Shown here in pieces: positions 56,385 through 64,000 of a stretch of DNA of 64,000 nucleotides. Each line of letters opens with the position of its first letter. Positions within the stretch are counted from its first letter, which is position 1. The notes under the pieces are model-generated. The model made no database searches. It saw only the letters and a program-made list of their open reading frames with translations, and was not told the origin of the DNA. The stretch is from an uncultured Spirochaetales bacterium (lineage in GTDB: Bacteria; Spirochaetota; Spirochaetia; Sphaerochaetales; Sphaerochaetaceae), in assembly GCA_949289305.1 (NCBI GenBank), contig CASENB010000008.1:87307-151306 (forward strand), given 5' to 3'. Both the position numbers and the translations under genes were made by a program.

Positions 56385-58439
56385 ATGGATAAAAAATTAG
56401 AATCATTATTTACACCTTGGCACATTGGAAAGTGCGAAATAAAAAACAGGATCGTTCTAACTAGCATGGGAGGAACGGATCTTTTCGGATGGATGGAGAA
56501 AAACCATTTCGATAAGGAAGGCGCTAACTTCATACTAAGCGTAGCAAAGAATAACGTCGGCCTTGTTCTACCTGGCTGCCAGCCCGTGCTGAACCCGATG
56601 TTAGGACAGTGGCTTCATAAGAATAAGAAGATGTTTAAAGACCTTGGGGACTGGATGCCGACATTCCATGAGACCGGGGCAAAACTGTTCGTTCAGCTGA
56701 CAGCAGGATTCGGAAGGTCTTTTCCAATAAGCAAGATGATGGAAGCTCTTCATACGACACCTATCATAAGAACGCTTGCAAAACCTGTCATGAATTTCGA
56801 CAGAATTACTGCAACGGCGTCTGCCTGCCCTAACAGGTGGTCTGACAAGGTTCCATCGAGAGAAATGACGAAAGACGAGATAAAAGCGATTATAAACTCA
56901 TTCGCTGAGAGCTCCGCCCTACTCCAGGATGCAGGAGTAGACGGGGTTGAGATTCACGCCGTTCATGAAGGATACGTTCTTGATCAGTTCGCACTTAAAT
57001 ATATAAACAAGAGAAGCGATGAATACGGAGGATCGCTTGAGAACAGATACCGTTTCGCAATCGAGATAGTCGAAGCAATAAAAAATAAGTGCGGAAAAGA
57101 TTTTCCAGTCTCCCTGCGCTACAGCGTAGTGTCAAAAACAAAAGGACTAAGGCAGGGCGCACTGCCGGGAGAAGAATATACGGAAGTCGGAAGGGACATG
57201 GAGGAATCTGAAGCAGCTGTAAAACTTCTCGAGAACGCGGGATACGACATGCTTAACTGCGACAACGGCACATATGACGCATGGTACTGGGCGCACCCTC
57301 CTATCTATATGCCGGAAAATTGCAATCTTGAAGATGTCGAGCACATAAAGAACTTTGTAAACATTCCTGTGGTATCGGCAGGAAGGATGGACCCGTATGT
57401 GGCGGCAGAAGAAATTGGAAAAGGCAAGATTGATGCGGTCGGTTTTGCACGTCAGTTCCTTGCAGATCAAGAATGGGTAACGAAACTCATAAACGACAGG
57501 AAAGAAGACATAAGGCCATGCATACTCTGCCATAACGCATGCTTCACTATGGCGCACTACAATGGAGTGCCGAACGATCAGGATCTCTCTGACAGCCTAA
57601 ACATGTCGCGCTGTGCGGTAAACGCAGAGACGATGCAGAGCAAGAAGCACTATATCAAGAAGACCGACAGACCTAAGAGCGTTGCGATAATCGGAGGGGG
57701 AATAGGCGGAATGGAAGCTGCTAGAGTTTTAAAACTCAGAGGACATCAGCCGATAATCTATGAGAAGACTAATATTCTTGGAGGCACATTCATTCCTGCA
57801 AGCAGCGAAAGCTATAAAGGAAGGCTGCGAGATCTTCTTGCTTGGTATAGAAGAAAGATGGAAGAATTAAATATTGAGATTCATTTCAATAGCAAAGTTA
57901 ATAATATTGATAGCTTAAAAGAAGATGCAATAATAATAGCAACAGGAGCAAAGGCCAAGAAGATCAATATCCCAGGTTTTGATAAGACGATAGAAGCTTG
58001 CGATTACTTAAACGGAAAAAAGAATGCAGAAGGAGAGATTGTAATTTTAGGCGGCGGCTTAACAGGCTGCGAAATAGCCTACGATCTTGCGTTAAGCGGA
58101 AAGAACGTAAGTATTGTCGAGATGAAAGATGATATCATAGCACAAAAGGGCGTATGTCTTGCAAACAGCTCTTATCTAAGAGAATGGTTTGCTCTCAATG
58201 GCACAAAGATATATCTATCTAGTTGTGTTAAAGAGATTAAGGATGGTTTCGTCGTCATAGAGAATAAGGGAGGGGAGAAAAAAGAAATTAAAGCAGATAC
58301 TGTAATCAGTTCGCTTGGCTACAATCCAGATCCGATAAAAGGAGGATCTAAGAAGACATACCTTGTCGGTGATTGTCTAAAGGTTGGAAATCTTAGAAGC
58401 GTAATCTGGAGAGCATACGAAGTAGCAATGAAAATATGA
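56385..58439 (+). CDS. Enoate reductase / 2,4-dienoyl-CoA reductase-family flavoprotein (OYE FMN domain + 4Fe-4S + FAD/NAD(P) domain)
   Basis: OYE-like N-terminus (IKNRIVLTSMG, HAVHEGYVLDQF), Cys cluster CILCHNAC...C, and Rossmann GGGIGGMEAA and GGGLTGCE motifs. I prefer the ATG at 56385 to the TTG at 56367. Confidence 0.85.
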   Translation: MDKKLESLFTPWHIGKCEIKNRIVLTSMGGTDLFGWMEKNHFDKEGANFILSVAKNNVGLVLPGCQPVLNPMLGQWLHKNKKMFKDLGDWMPTFHETGAKLFVQLTAGFGRSFPISKMMEALHTTPIIRTLAKPVMNFDRITATASACPNRWSDKVPSREMTKDEIKAIINSFAESSALLQDAGVDGVEIHAVHEGYVLDQFALKYINKRSDEYGGSLENRYRFAIEIVEAIKNKCGKDFPVSLRYSVVSKTKGLRQGALPGEEYTEVGRDMEESEAAVKLLENAGYDMLNCDNGTYDAWYWAHPPIYMPENCNLEDVEHIKNFVNIPVVSAGRMDPYVAAEEIGKGKIDAVGFARQFLADQEWVTKLINDRKEDIRPCILCHNACFTMAHYNGVPNDQDLSDSLNMSRCAVNAETMQSKKHYIKKTDRPKSVAIIGGGIGGMEAARVLKLRGHQPIIYEKTNILGGTFIPASSESYKGRLRDLLAWYRRKMEELNIEIHFNSKVNNIDSLKEDAIIIATGAKAKKINIPGFDKTIEACDYLNGKKNAEGEIVILGGGLTGCEIAYDLALSGKNVSIVEMKDDIIAQKGVCLANSSYLREWFALNGTKIYLSSCVKEIKDGFVVIENKGGEKKEIKADTVISSLGYNPDPIKGGSKKTYLVGDCLKVGNLRSVIWRAYEVAMKI

Positions 58440-58455
58440 AAACACAAAAACAAAG

Positions 58456-58492
58456 GATGCACAGTTCAATACGATCTGTGCATCTTTTTTTT
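58456..58492. terminator. Bidirectional intrinsic terminator between convergent genes
   Basis: GATGCACAG (58456..58464) / CTGTGCATC (58476..58484) form a 9-bp stem. T8 follows on the plus strand and an A-rich tract precedes it, giving a T-rich tract on the minus strand. Confidence 0.8.
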
Positions 58493-58509
58493 ATTGAATA
58501 AAAATTATA

Positions 58510-58959
58510 TTATCTTTCGACTGTTACTGTTCCGTCTTCGTCAACTGTAATTTTATCACCAGTTTGAACATAGGATAGAAATTCATCCCCAAGATTATCT
58601 ATGGTAGGCATACTCTGAGTAGTCCATACATCGGCTAGTATCGCCCCTGCTGCCGCAAGAGAGTCTATCTCTTTTGAAAATAGCAGAGCTGCAGGCTGGC
58701 GATCCATACATGCGGCACAATACAATACAAGGCCTCCTGTTGTGGATCCTATCGTCTGAGGAAGACAGAGAACTTTATGAGCCATTTCTTTTTTATAGAT
58801 GTCGGCATTGTTCTGATCCGAGCATTTTCCTTTCTTATCGCCGAACATTAGAGAATGCTGGTAACTTGCAAGAGTGTTAAAACCACCTTTGGAAACCAAA
58901 GCCTCGCTAGATACTTTTCCTTTTACAACGACTCTTCCCTTAAACACTTTAATGCTCAT
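58510..58959 (-). CDS. Aconitase X swivel-domain subunit (DUF126)
   Basis: 149 aa. N-terminal GRVVVKGKVSSEALVSKGGFN and LCLPQTIGSTTG match the AcnX small subunit pattern. Overlaps the large subunit by 4 nt. Confidence 0.7.
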   Translation of the reverse strand: MSIKVFKGRVVVKGKVSSEALVSKGGFNTLASYQHSLMFGDKKGKCSDQNNADIYKKEMAHKVLCLPQTIGSTTGGLVLYCAACMDRQPAALLFSKEIDSLAAAGAILADVWTTQSMPTIDNLGDEFLSYVQTGDKITVDEDGTVTVER

Positions 58960-60224
58960 ACGCTTCCTCCTGTTATAAGACAGAGAATATCATCCTCCTG
59001 ATAGTATCTTGCGCTTGTGTATGTCCTCAGTTTATTAGAACACGTTATTACAGGCATTGAAGCGCACATCGGATTATTCATATACATTAACGGACAGATG
59101 TAAGAAAGGATAACGCCGCAATCCTTGAGCGTTTTGACTTCAGAACTGTTAGCCATAGCTTTCAGAACATCAGGCGCTGCCGTCATGACAGTTGGTATTT
59201 CAACCTTCTTCTTCCCGTTTTTAACAAGCTCATTTGCAATTCTGCGGCTCCATGAGATTATCTGATTTTTAGATAGATGCGGACAACCAATAAAGCAGAG
59301 CTTAGGCTTTGCATTCTTGTCTTTCCAAATAATAGGATAATTCCGCTCAGTCTCTTTTAGGACATCATCATCTATTATGTATGTCTTATAGCCTTCTTTC
59401 AAAAGGCTCCTTCCAAGCCTTTTTGCCTCTGGCGTAAGATTCTCAATATGATAAAGGCCGACAGCTCCATTGGATGCAGTTGCAGCTCCGAAATCCTTAA
59501 AGTATGATTTAGCATCATCATCCAGAGTGCTGAAGTACTTATCCATACCGACGACAAACGGAACATCCTCCATAACTTTCATCCCGATTGCAGACCCAAG
59601 AAGCTGCGCCTCAGGCTTTTTTGTCGTCCTGACTTCAATCAGCCAATCCGCTTTCCTTCCCTCATCTGTTAAAAGCCCAAAGTAAGGCACACAGCCGACA
59701 ATCGATCCGAAAAGATCTAGAATTCCGCTGTTTCTATTGCATCTTGCTCCTAAGATAGAGTTCGCATAAACGACTGCAGAACTCTCAGCCCATGAGAGTA
59801 TCTCACCTTCTTTGGGCGTGTTGCCAACCTCATCCAAGTAACAAGTACACGTATAAGCATCCTTATCGAGAAGTCCGAGCTTCAAAAGCTGTTTATCATA
59901 ATCATTCTGTTTTGAATACATTACAGAAAAGAAAATGTTCTGTATGAAATTCTTCGGAACATTCTTATCCAATGGTCTTGGATCTACGGAGAAATGCTGA
60001 CTTGAAATCGCATTAGCCTCTATAAGCTGATCCATAAGATCATATACCGGTTTCATAACGGAAAGGCCGAAGCTTGTTACAAGGTGTCCGCATTCGCTTG
60101 TGATATCTACCATGCGATCAGATCCGAAAGTCTCTCCATACATTATGAGGGTCTTCATGATCTTGGCCTTTACTTCTCCTTCTTTTCCGCTCAGTATGTC
60201 TTCTTGCCGTTTTGTTAAAGTCAT
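58956..60224 (-). CDS. Aconitase X catalytic-domain subunit (DUF521)
   Basis: Start set at the ATG at 60224 (MTLTKRQEDILSGKEGE..., AGAGGA RBS), the typical DUF521 N-terminus. The track start at 60317 would run through the rubredoxin terminator. Confidence 0.7.
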   Translation of the reverse strand: MTLTKRQEDILSGKEGEVKAKIMKTLIMYGETFGSDRMVDITSECGHLVTSFGLSVMKPVYDLMDQLIEANAISSQHFSVDPRPLDKNVPKNFIQNIFFSVMYSKQNDYDKQLLKLGLLDKDAYTCTCYLDEVGNTPKEGEILSWAESSAVVYANSILGARCNRNSGILDLFGSIVGCVPYFGLLTDEGRKADWLIEVRTTKKPEAQLLGSAIGMKVMEDVPFVVGMDKYFSTLDDDAKSYFKDFGAATASNGAVGLYHIENLTPEAKRLGRSLLKEGYKTYIIDDDVLKETERNYPIIWKDKNAKPKLCFIGCPHLSKNQIISWSRRIANELVKNGKKKVEIPTVMTAAPDVLKAMANSSEVKTLKDCGVILSYICPLMYMNNPMCASMPVITCSNKLRTYTSARYYQEDDILCLITGGSV

Positions 60225-60289
60225 AATTAATTCCTCTTTTTTTATGATAACACAAGAGGAAATGGAAAATAAAACTATATTTGCTGATG

Positions 60290-60314
60290 AAAAAAAAAGC
60301 GGCTCAATGGCCGC
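60290..60314 (-). terminator. Rho-independent terminator of the mini-rubredoxin gene
   Basis: On the minus strand, GCGGC-cattga-GCCGC is followed by T9 (plus-strand A-run 60290..60298). Confidence 0.6.
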
Positions 60315-60322
60315 CAATAAAA

Positions 60323-60439
60323 TTAGTCTTCCTGCTTCTCAAATGCATCAGCACCTGCTCCGCAAAGAGGACATACGAAATCTTCAGGAAGAGAATCTCC
60401 CTCATATTCATAACCGCATAGAGTGCAAACCCACTTCAT
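60323..60439 (-). CDS. 38-aa rubredoxin-like protein (short-loop rubredoxin)
   Basis: My own translation: [38 protein letters not shown]. It has two rubredoxin knuckles (V-C-x2-C-G-Y and C-P-x-C-G), an AAGGAGA RBS 7 nt upstream and its own terminator. Too short for the ORF track. Confidence 0.8.
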   Translation of the reverse strand: MKWVCTLCGYEYEGDSLPEDFVCPLCGAGADAFEKQED

Positions 60440-60540
60440 AGTTATATCTCCTTATTAATTAATATATGTTGAGTATAAACTATTTGACACATATTTGCAC
60501 GAGTTTTCATTAGTGCCATAATTGTAGAAAGGGAGAATAT

Positions 60541-61635
60541 ATGGAATACAGAACAAACAAACGCACAGGCGATAAGATAAGCATAATCGGATTAGGCGCT
60601 TCATACATAGGATCAAAAAGCGAAAAAGATGCTCTTGAGACAATAGAATACGCACTTGAAAACGGTATCAACTACTTTGATCTTGCATCGGGACATGCTG
60701 CGACATTTCCATACTACGGAAAGGCATTTAAAGGAGTAAGGGACAAGGTGATGTTTCAGATACATTTTGGCGCAGACTATACGACAGGCGTATATGGATG
60801 GAGCCTTGATCTAGAGACGATAAAAAGATCTGTCTCATGGCAGCTTGAAAATTTAAAGACCGATTATATCGACTATGGTTTTATCCACTGCATTGACGAA
60901 GTAAAAGACTTTGAGACATATGAGAAGAATGGCGTATTGGATTACATTCTCTCATTAAAAGAGAAAGGCATGGTAAAGCATATAGGACTTTCATCCCATA
61001 CCCCGAAAGCTATCAACAAGGTATTGGATTTAGGCATTGTAGATATGCTTATGTTCTCAGTTAATCCGCTTTATGATGACGGACTTGGAGAGTATGCAAG
61101 AGGAAACAGAGACGAAAGGAACGTATTGTATCTTAGATGCGAAAAGGAAAATGTAGGCATATCTTGTATGAAACCGTTCTCTGGAGGACAGCTATTAGAT
61201 GCAGCAAAGTCTCCTTACTCAGAGGCGTTAAGTAAAGTTCAATGCATATCATATGCGCTTTCCCGCCCATCTGTTTTGACAGTACTTCCAGGCACTTCAA
61301 GCGTCAAAGAATTGAAAGAGTGTCTTGAATATTTAAATGCGACTGCAGAAGAAAAAGACTTTTCAGTCATAGCAGGACTAAAAAAGAGAAGCTATAGGCT
61401 GTCATGCACATATTGCCAGCACTGCCATCCATGCCCTAAAGGCCTAGATATCGCACTAATAAACAAATACTACGACCTGTCTCTTCTTGGAGATGATATG
61501 GCAAAGGAACATTATCTAAGCCTTGAAAAGAAAGCAGGAGACTGCATAAGCTGCGGACACTGTGACAGACGCTGTCCATTCCATGTAAAGCAATCAGAGA
61601 GAATGAGCGAGATAGAGAACTATTTTGGGCAATAA
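60541..61635 (+). CDS. Aldo/keto reductase with C-terminal 4Fe-4S ferredoxin-like domain
   Basis: 364 aa. AKR barrel (GINYFDLASGH, GLSSH) and C-terminal CTYCQHCHPCP and CISCGHCDRRCP motifs. Confidence 0.85.
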   Translation: MEYRTNKRTGDKISIIGLGASYIGSKSEKDALETIEYALENGINYFDLASGHAATFPYYGKAFKGVRDKVMFQIHFGADYTTGVYGWSLDLETIKRSVSWQLENLKTDYIDYGFIHCIDEVKDFETYEKNGVLDYILSLKEKGMVKHIGLSSHTPKAINKVLDLGIVDMLMFSVNPLYDDGLGEYARGNRDERNVLYLRCEKENVGISCMKPFSGGQLLDAAKSPYSEALSKVQCISYALSRPSVLTVLPGTSSVKELKECLEYLNATAEEKDFSVIAGLKKRSYRLSCTYCQHCHPCPKGLDIALINKYYDLSLLGDDMAKEHYLSLEKKAGDCISCGHCDRRCPFHVKQSERMSEIENYFGQ

Positions 61636-61686
61636 GAACAATGCGTGCTCATTTAAACCGTTTTTGCACTATTTTCTCCCTCAGTG

Positions 61687-62976
61687 CTAAATAATCTGAT
61701 CTTCACATTCAAGCATTCTATAATATATATCTCTGAGATTGCTTCTTTTATTAAGACAGTTTATTTCAGAGTATTGATTAGTCTTGTTATCATCGTTTTT
61801 TTTCTCTTCTTTATTAAGAATAGCAAAACGTATGCTTCCATGCTCAAGACTTTGAAGGGGTCTAAGATTATGAGCTGTAAAGATAAACTGTCCTATTGCT
61901 TTTTCTTCAATTGCTAATAAAATTGAGCTTAAAAGATGTTCAAAAATTCCTTCATCTAGTTCGTCAAAGACCAACATGTAAGAAGGAGAATGAAACAAAA
62001 TAGGAAGATAACAAGAAAGATAAAGCAGCTTTTTAGTTCCATATGATTCATTTGCAAAAGGCAAGGAAATGCCATTTTTTTCAACATATAAATCGATATT
62101 ATTCTTTTCATTTTTAATAAATAATTTTGTGTTAGGAAGCAAAGTCTCAAGAGTATTTCCAAGGTGAAAGATATGCCGAGAAAGTACTTCTAAATCGGAT
62201 TGTTTGCACTCTGTGATCAAATTATCTTTATTTATTATGCGACCATTCTTCAGATCAAGAAAATAAGGATTCTCAGTAAATGGCACAAGAGGAATTAGCA
62301 TCTCTTGCTCCAAATCGCTTCTTTGCATCTCTTTTTCCAAATCACAATAAAGCACATGCAGAAATTTATTTATATTGTTAGCAAACAGATTGAATGCAAC
62401 TCTCGCCTCTTGTGACTTAGAGATAGGAAAAGCCTCATTGAATTGTAACAATAACGACATGTCGTCACTTGGAGAGAAACAATTCGATAATAATCCATCA
62501 TTATATATCTCTTTTGCTGATAGCTGACAAATAATTTTTCCTTCTCCATTAAGGACTTGAAATAATTCGCTTTCTATCTTTAAAGGATTCTCGCTTGTAA
62601 TAGAGAAAGAATATCTAATGCTTTTTCTAAGAGGACCTTCAGGTGTGCAGCAATGAAAAATATATGACAATTTCGCCTCTTTAGCACCAAGACGAACATA
62701 TTTCTTTACTGGCAATTCTTCGAACAATTGCTTTCTCCATTGCGATTTTATTTTAGTACTATTAACATTGAGAATATTTCTTAGAAGCTTAAGAGCTTCA
62801 ACAATTGTAGTTTTTCCAGACCCGTTTGGGCCGTATAGACCAATAACATTGGATTTCCAATATTCTTCCTCGCTCCAATCTCGTTTTAAACGTGAGAATA
62901 CGATACATCCATATTTAACACACATAAAATCATTTAATGTAATTGCTGCAAGTCTGAGAAAATTAATTTTACTCAT
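61687..62976 (-). CDS. ABC-type AAA ATPase of the AAA_15/AAA_21 (OLD/AriA/AbiLi/RloA-like) kind
   Basis: 429 aa. Walker A GLYGPNGSGKTT about 50 aa from the N-terminus, a long non-conserved insert, then Walker B LVFDELDEGI, D-loop and H-loop FTAHN near the C-terminus. ATG overlaps the upstream stop (ATGA). Confidence 0.75.
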   Translation of the reverse strand: MSKINFLRLAAITLNDFMCVKYGCIVFSRLKRDWSEEEYWKSNVIGLYGPNGSGKTTIVEALKLLRNILNVNSTKIKSQWRKQLFEELPVKKYVRLGAKEAKLSYIFHCCTPEGPLRKSIRYSFSITSENPLKIESELFQVLNGEGKIICQLSAKEIYNDGLLSNCFSPSDDMSLLLQFNEAFPISKSQEARVAFNLFANNINKFLHVLYCDLEKEMQRSDLEQEMLIPLVPFTENPYFLDLKNGRIINKDNLITECKQSDLEVLSRHIFHLGNTLETLLPNTKLFIKNEKNNIDLYVEKNGISLPFANESYGTKKLLYLSCYLPILFHSPSYMLVFDELDEGIFEHLLSSILLAIEEKAIGQFIFTAHNLRPLQSLEHGSIRFAILNKEEKKNDDNKTNQYSEINCLNKRSNLRDIYYRMLECEDQII

Positions 62977-63806
62977 TTAATCTCTCCGTTTTTATTTGTT
63001 TTTGAAGAAAGTTTCTCAAGCGCATCAAGAACAAGCCTGAAATTAGAAGATCTCTTCAGCGTCCTAAAAGTTCCCTCTTCCATGATATATTGCCATGATC
63101 TTTCATATGTTGGTTTACAAGGAAGAAGATTCGAAAAAAATTCTTTAATTGCTTTTGGTCCATTTGAAGCAATTTCATTACACCATTTTACAGCTAGATA
63201 GTCTTTTTCCTTTTGTTCAGCCTGTCTTATATTCACAGTCACATGTTCAAGATTAGTTGACATATAGAAAATTGAGATTGGAACATCTACTGTCTCGTTA
63301 TCAACACGTAGAGTGATATCATGGCCTTGGAGAATGTAATTTATATTGCGTCTTTTTCTACTATTTCTATCTATAGCATCGGCTAAGGCATCCCTCTTTT
63401 TATCGTATTTCACTAATATTTCAGTCTCTGTATAAGTGAGGTTTGATGTCGGATTTGGGTCGGAGTTTAATCTTATAGAAGAATCGGGAATGCATACTCC
63501 ATCCATATCGGTAAGAAATAAAACTGCTGTAATATCTTTCAGCTTTATAGGATTGTCGGACTTGCTAAACCAAGCATCAAGGTGGATTTCAATTTCTTCC
63601 GAAATAAAATCCAAACAATCCTGTTCTAATCTGTAAATTCCTCTTTTTTCATCCCTTTTCGTCAGCCTATCTCCAATTGTATAAATCACTTTTATTTTAG
63701 CAGAGCCTATATTAGGAAGTACAGTCGTATACGTTTGTAGGATTTTATCAATAACTTTAAAATCCGTCGGCCCTTCTACTATAGCTATTACAACTGGACG
63801 TTTCAT
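62973..63806 (-). CDS. TOPRIM-like (RloB/DUF4435/OLD-nuclease-like) protein
   Basis: 277 aa. N-terminal beta-strand plus IVEGPTD (TOPRIM Glu), LFLTDMDGV (DxD), and YMSTNLEHV, which resembles the RloB SNPxFE segment. Family-level assignment is from memory only. Confidence 0.55.
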   Translation of the reverse strand: MKRPVVIAIVEGPTDFKVIDKILQTYTTVLPNIGSAKIKVIYTIGDRLTKRDEKRGIYRLEQDCLDFISEEIEIHLDAWFSKSDNPIKLKDITAVLFLTDMDGVCIPDSSIRLNSDPNPTSNLTYTETEILVKYDKKRDALADAIDRNSRKRRNINYILQGHDITLRVDNETVDVPISIFYMSTNLEHVTVNIRQAEQKEKDYLAVKWCNEIASNGPKAIKEFFSNLLPCKPTYERSWQYIMEEGTFRTLKRSSNFRLVLDALEKLSSKTNKNGEIK

Positions 63807-64000
63807 TTTTCATCCCCATAATTTCTATATGCAGCTAGGCTGAACGCATTGGCTATCCTGTCAGAATCAATGTCATAATTAAACGGCGGATTCTCATCAT
63901 CTTCTCCGACAGTTAGCAATCGATAGTACTTATCGCGCATATTCGTTCTTTTTTTCACACATCTCATAGTAGAATAAAGCTTCTTCTGTTCTACTGTCGT
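63803..64000 (-). CDS. Hypothetical protein, C-terminal part only (gene continues beyond the window, or starts at the ATG at 63967)
   Basis: My own translation of the open minus frame: ...TTVEQKKLYSTMRCVKKRTNMRDKYYRLLTVGEDDENPPFNYDIDSDRIANAFSLAAYRNYGDEK*. The stop overlaps the TOPRIM-like start (ATGA). Confidence 0.45.
   Translation of the reverse strand, partial: TTVEQKKLYSTMRCVKKRTNMRDKYYRLLTVGEDDENPPFNYDIDSDRIANAFSLAAYRNYGDEK

Noticed and set aside
1-64000. Scan for CRISPR arrays, rRNA/tRNA genes, IS elements/transposases, integrases, prophage genes and long direct or inverted repeats.
   Set aside because: The intergenic spaces are short (mostly under 100 nt, the largest about 220 nt) and none shows a repeat-spacer structure or a tRNA cloverleaf. 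No ORF carries DDE/tyrosine/serine recombinase motifs that I could recognise. Long-range repeats cannot be excluded by eye.

Overview
The window is mostly ordinary chromosomal DNA from a low/medium-GC anaerobe. A spirochaete (Treponema-like) origin is a low-confidence guess, based on S-rich lipoboxes, a TroA/ZnuA-type gene, an MGDG-synthase-like GT, a Cys-less TopA C-terminus and anaerobic redox genes. About 65 densely packed CDS are supported. They include a Fur-family regulator with a metal-SBP gene, and a 7-gene overlapping lipid/ECF-transporter operon headed by a DEAD-box helicase. Also present are glycolipid glycosyltransferases, queuosine-salvage genes (yhhQ plus a radical-SAM gene, and queH), GntR-kduI-kduD, a second DEAD-box helicase, glf, cls, a patatin/beta-barrel fusion, buk, split chrA, topA and adhE. 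A further cluster holds an enoate reductase, two-subunit AcnX and an Fe-S aldo/keto reductase. I saw no rRNA, tRNA, CRISPR array, transposase or integrase. The best candidate for a novel system is at the 3' edge (61687..64000). It is an AT-rich, start/stop-overlapping three-gene module encoding an unknown ORF, a TOPRIM/RloB-like protein and an ABC-type AAA ATPase. It resembles OLD/PARIS/AbiL systems but has the opposite gene order and an extra gene. Other leads are an SNF2 helicase coupled to a 499-aa unknown protein, a 38-aa mini-rubredoxin absent from the ORF track, an orphan promoter-to-terminator structured RNA next to a Fic gene that lacks an inhibitory motif, and a YhhQ-coupled non-canonical radical-SAM protein. 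All functional calls rest on motifs read by eye. No database search was run.
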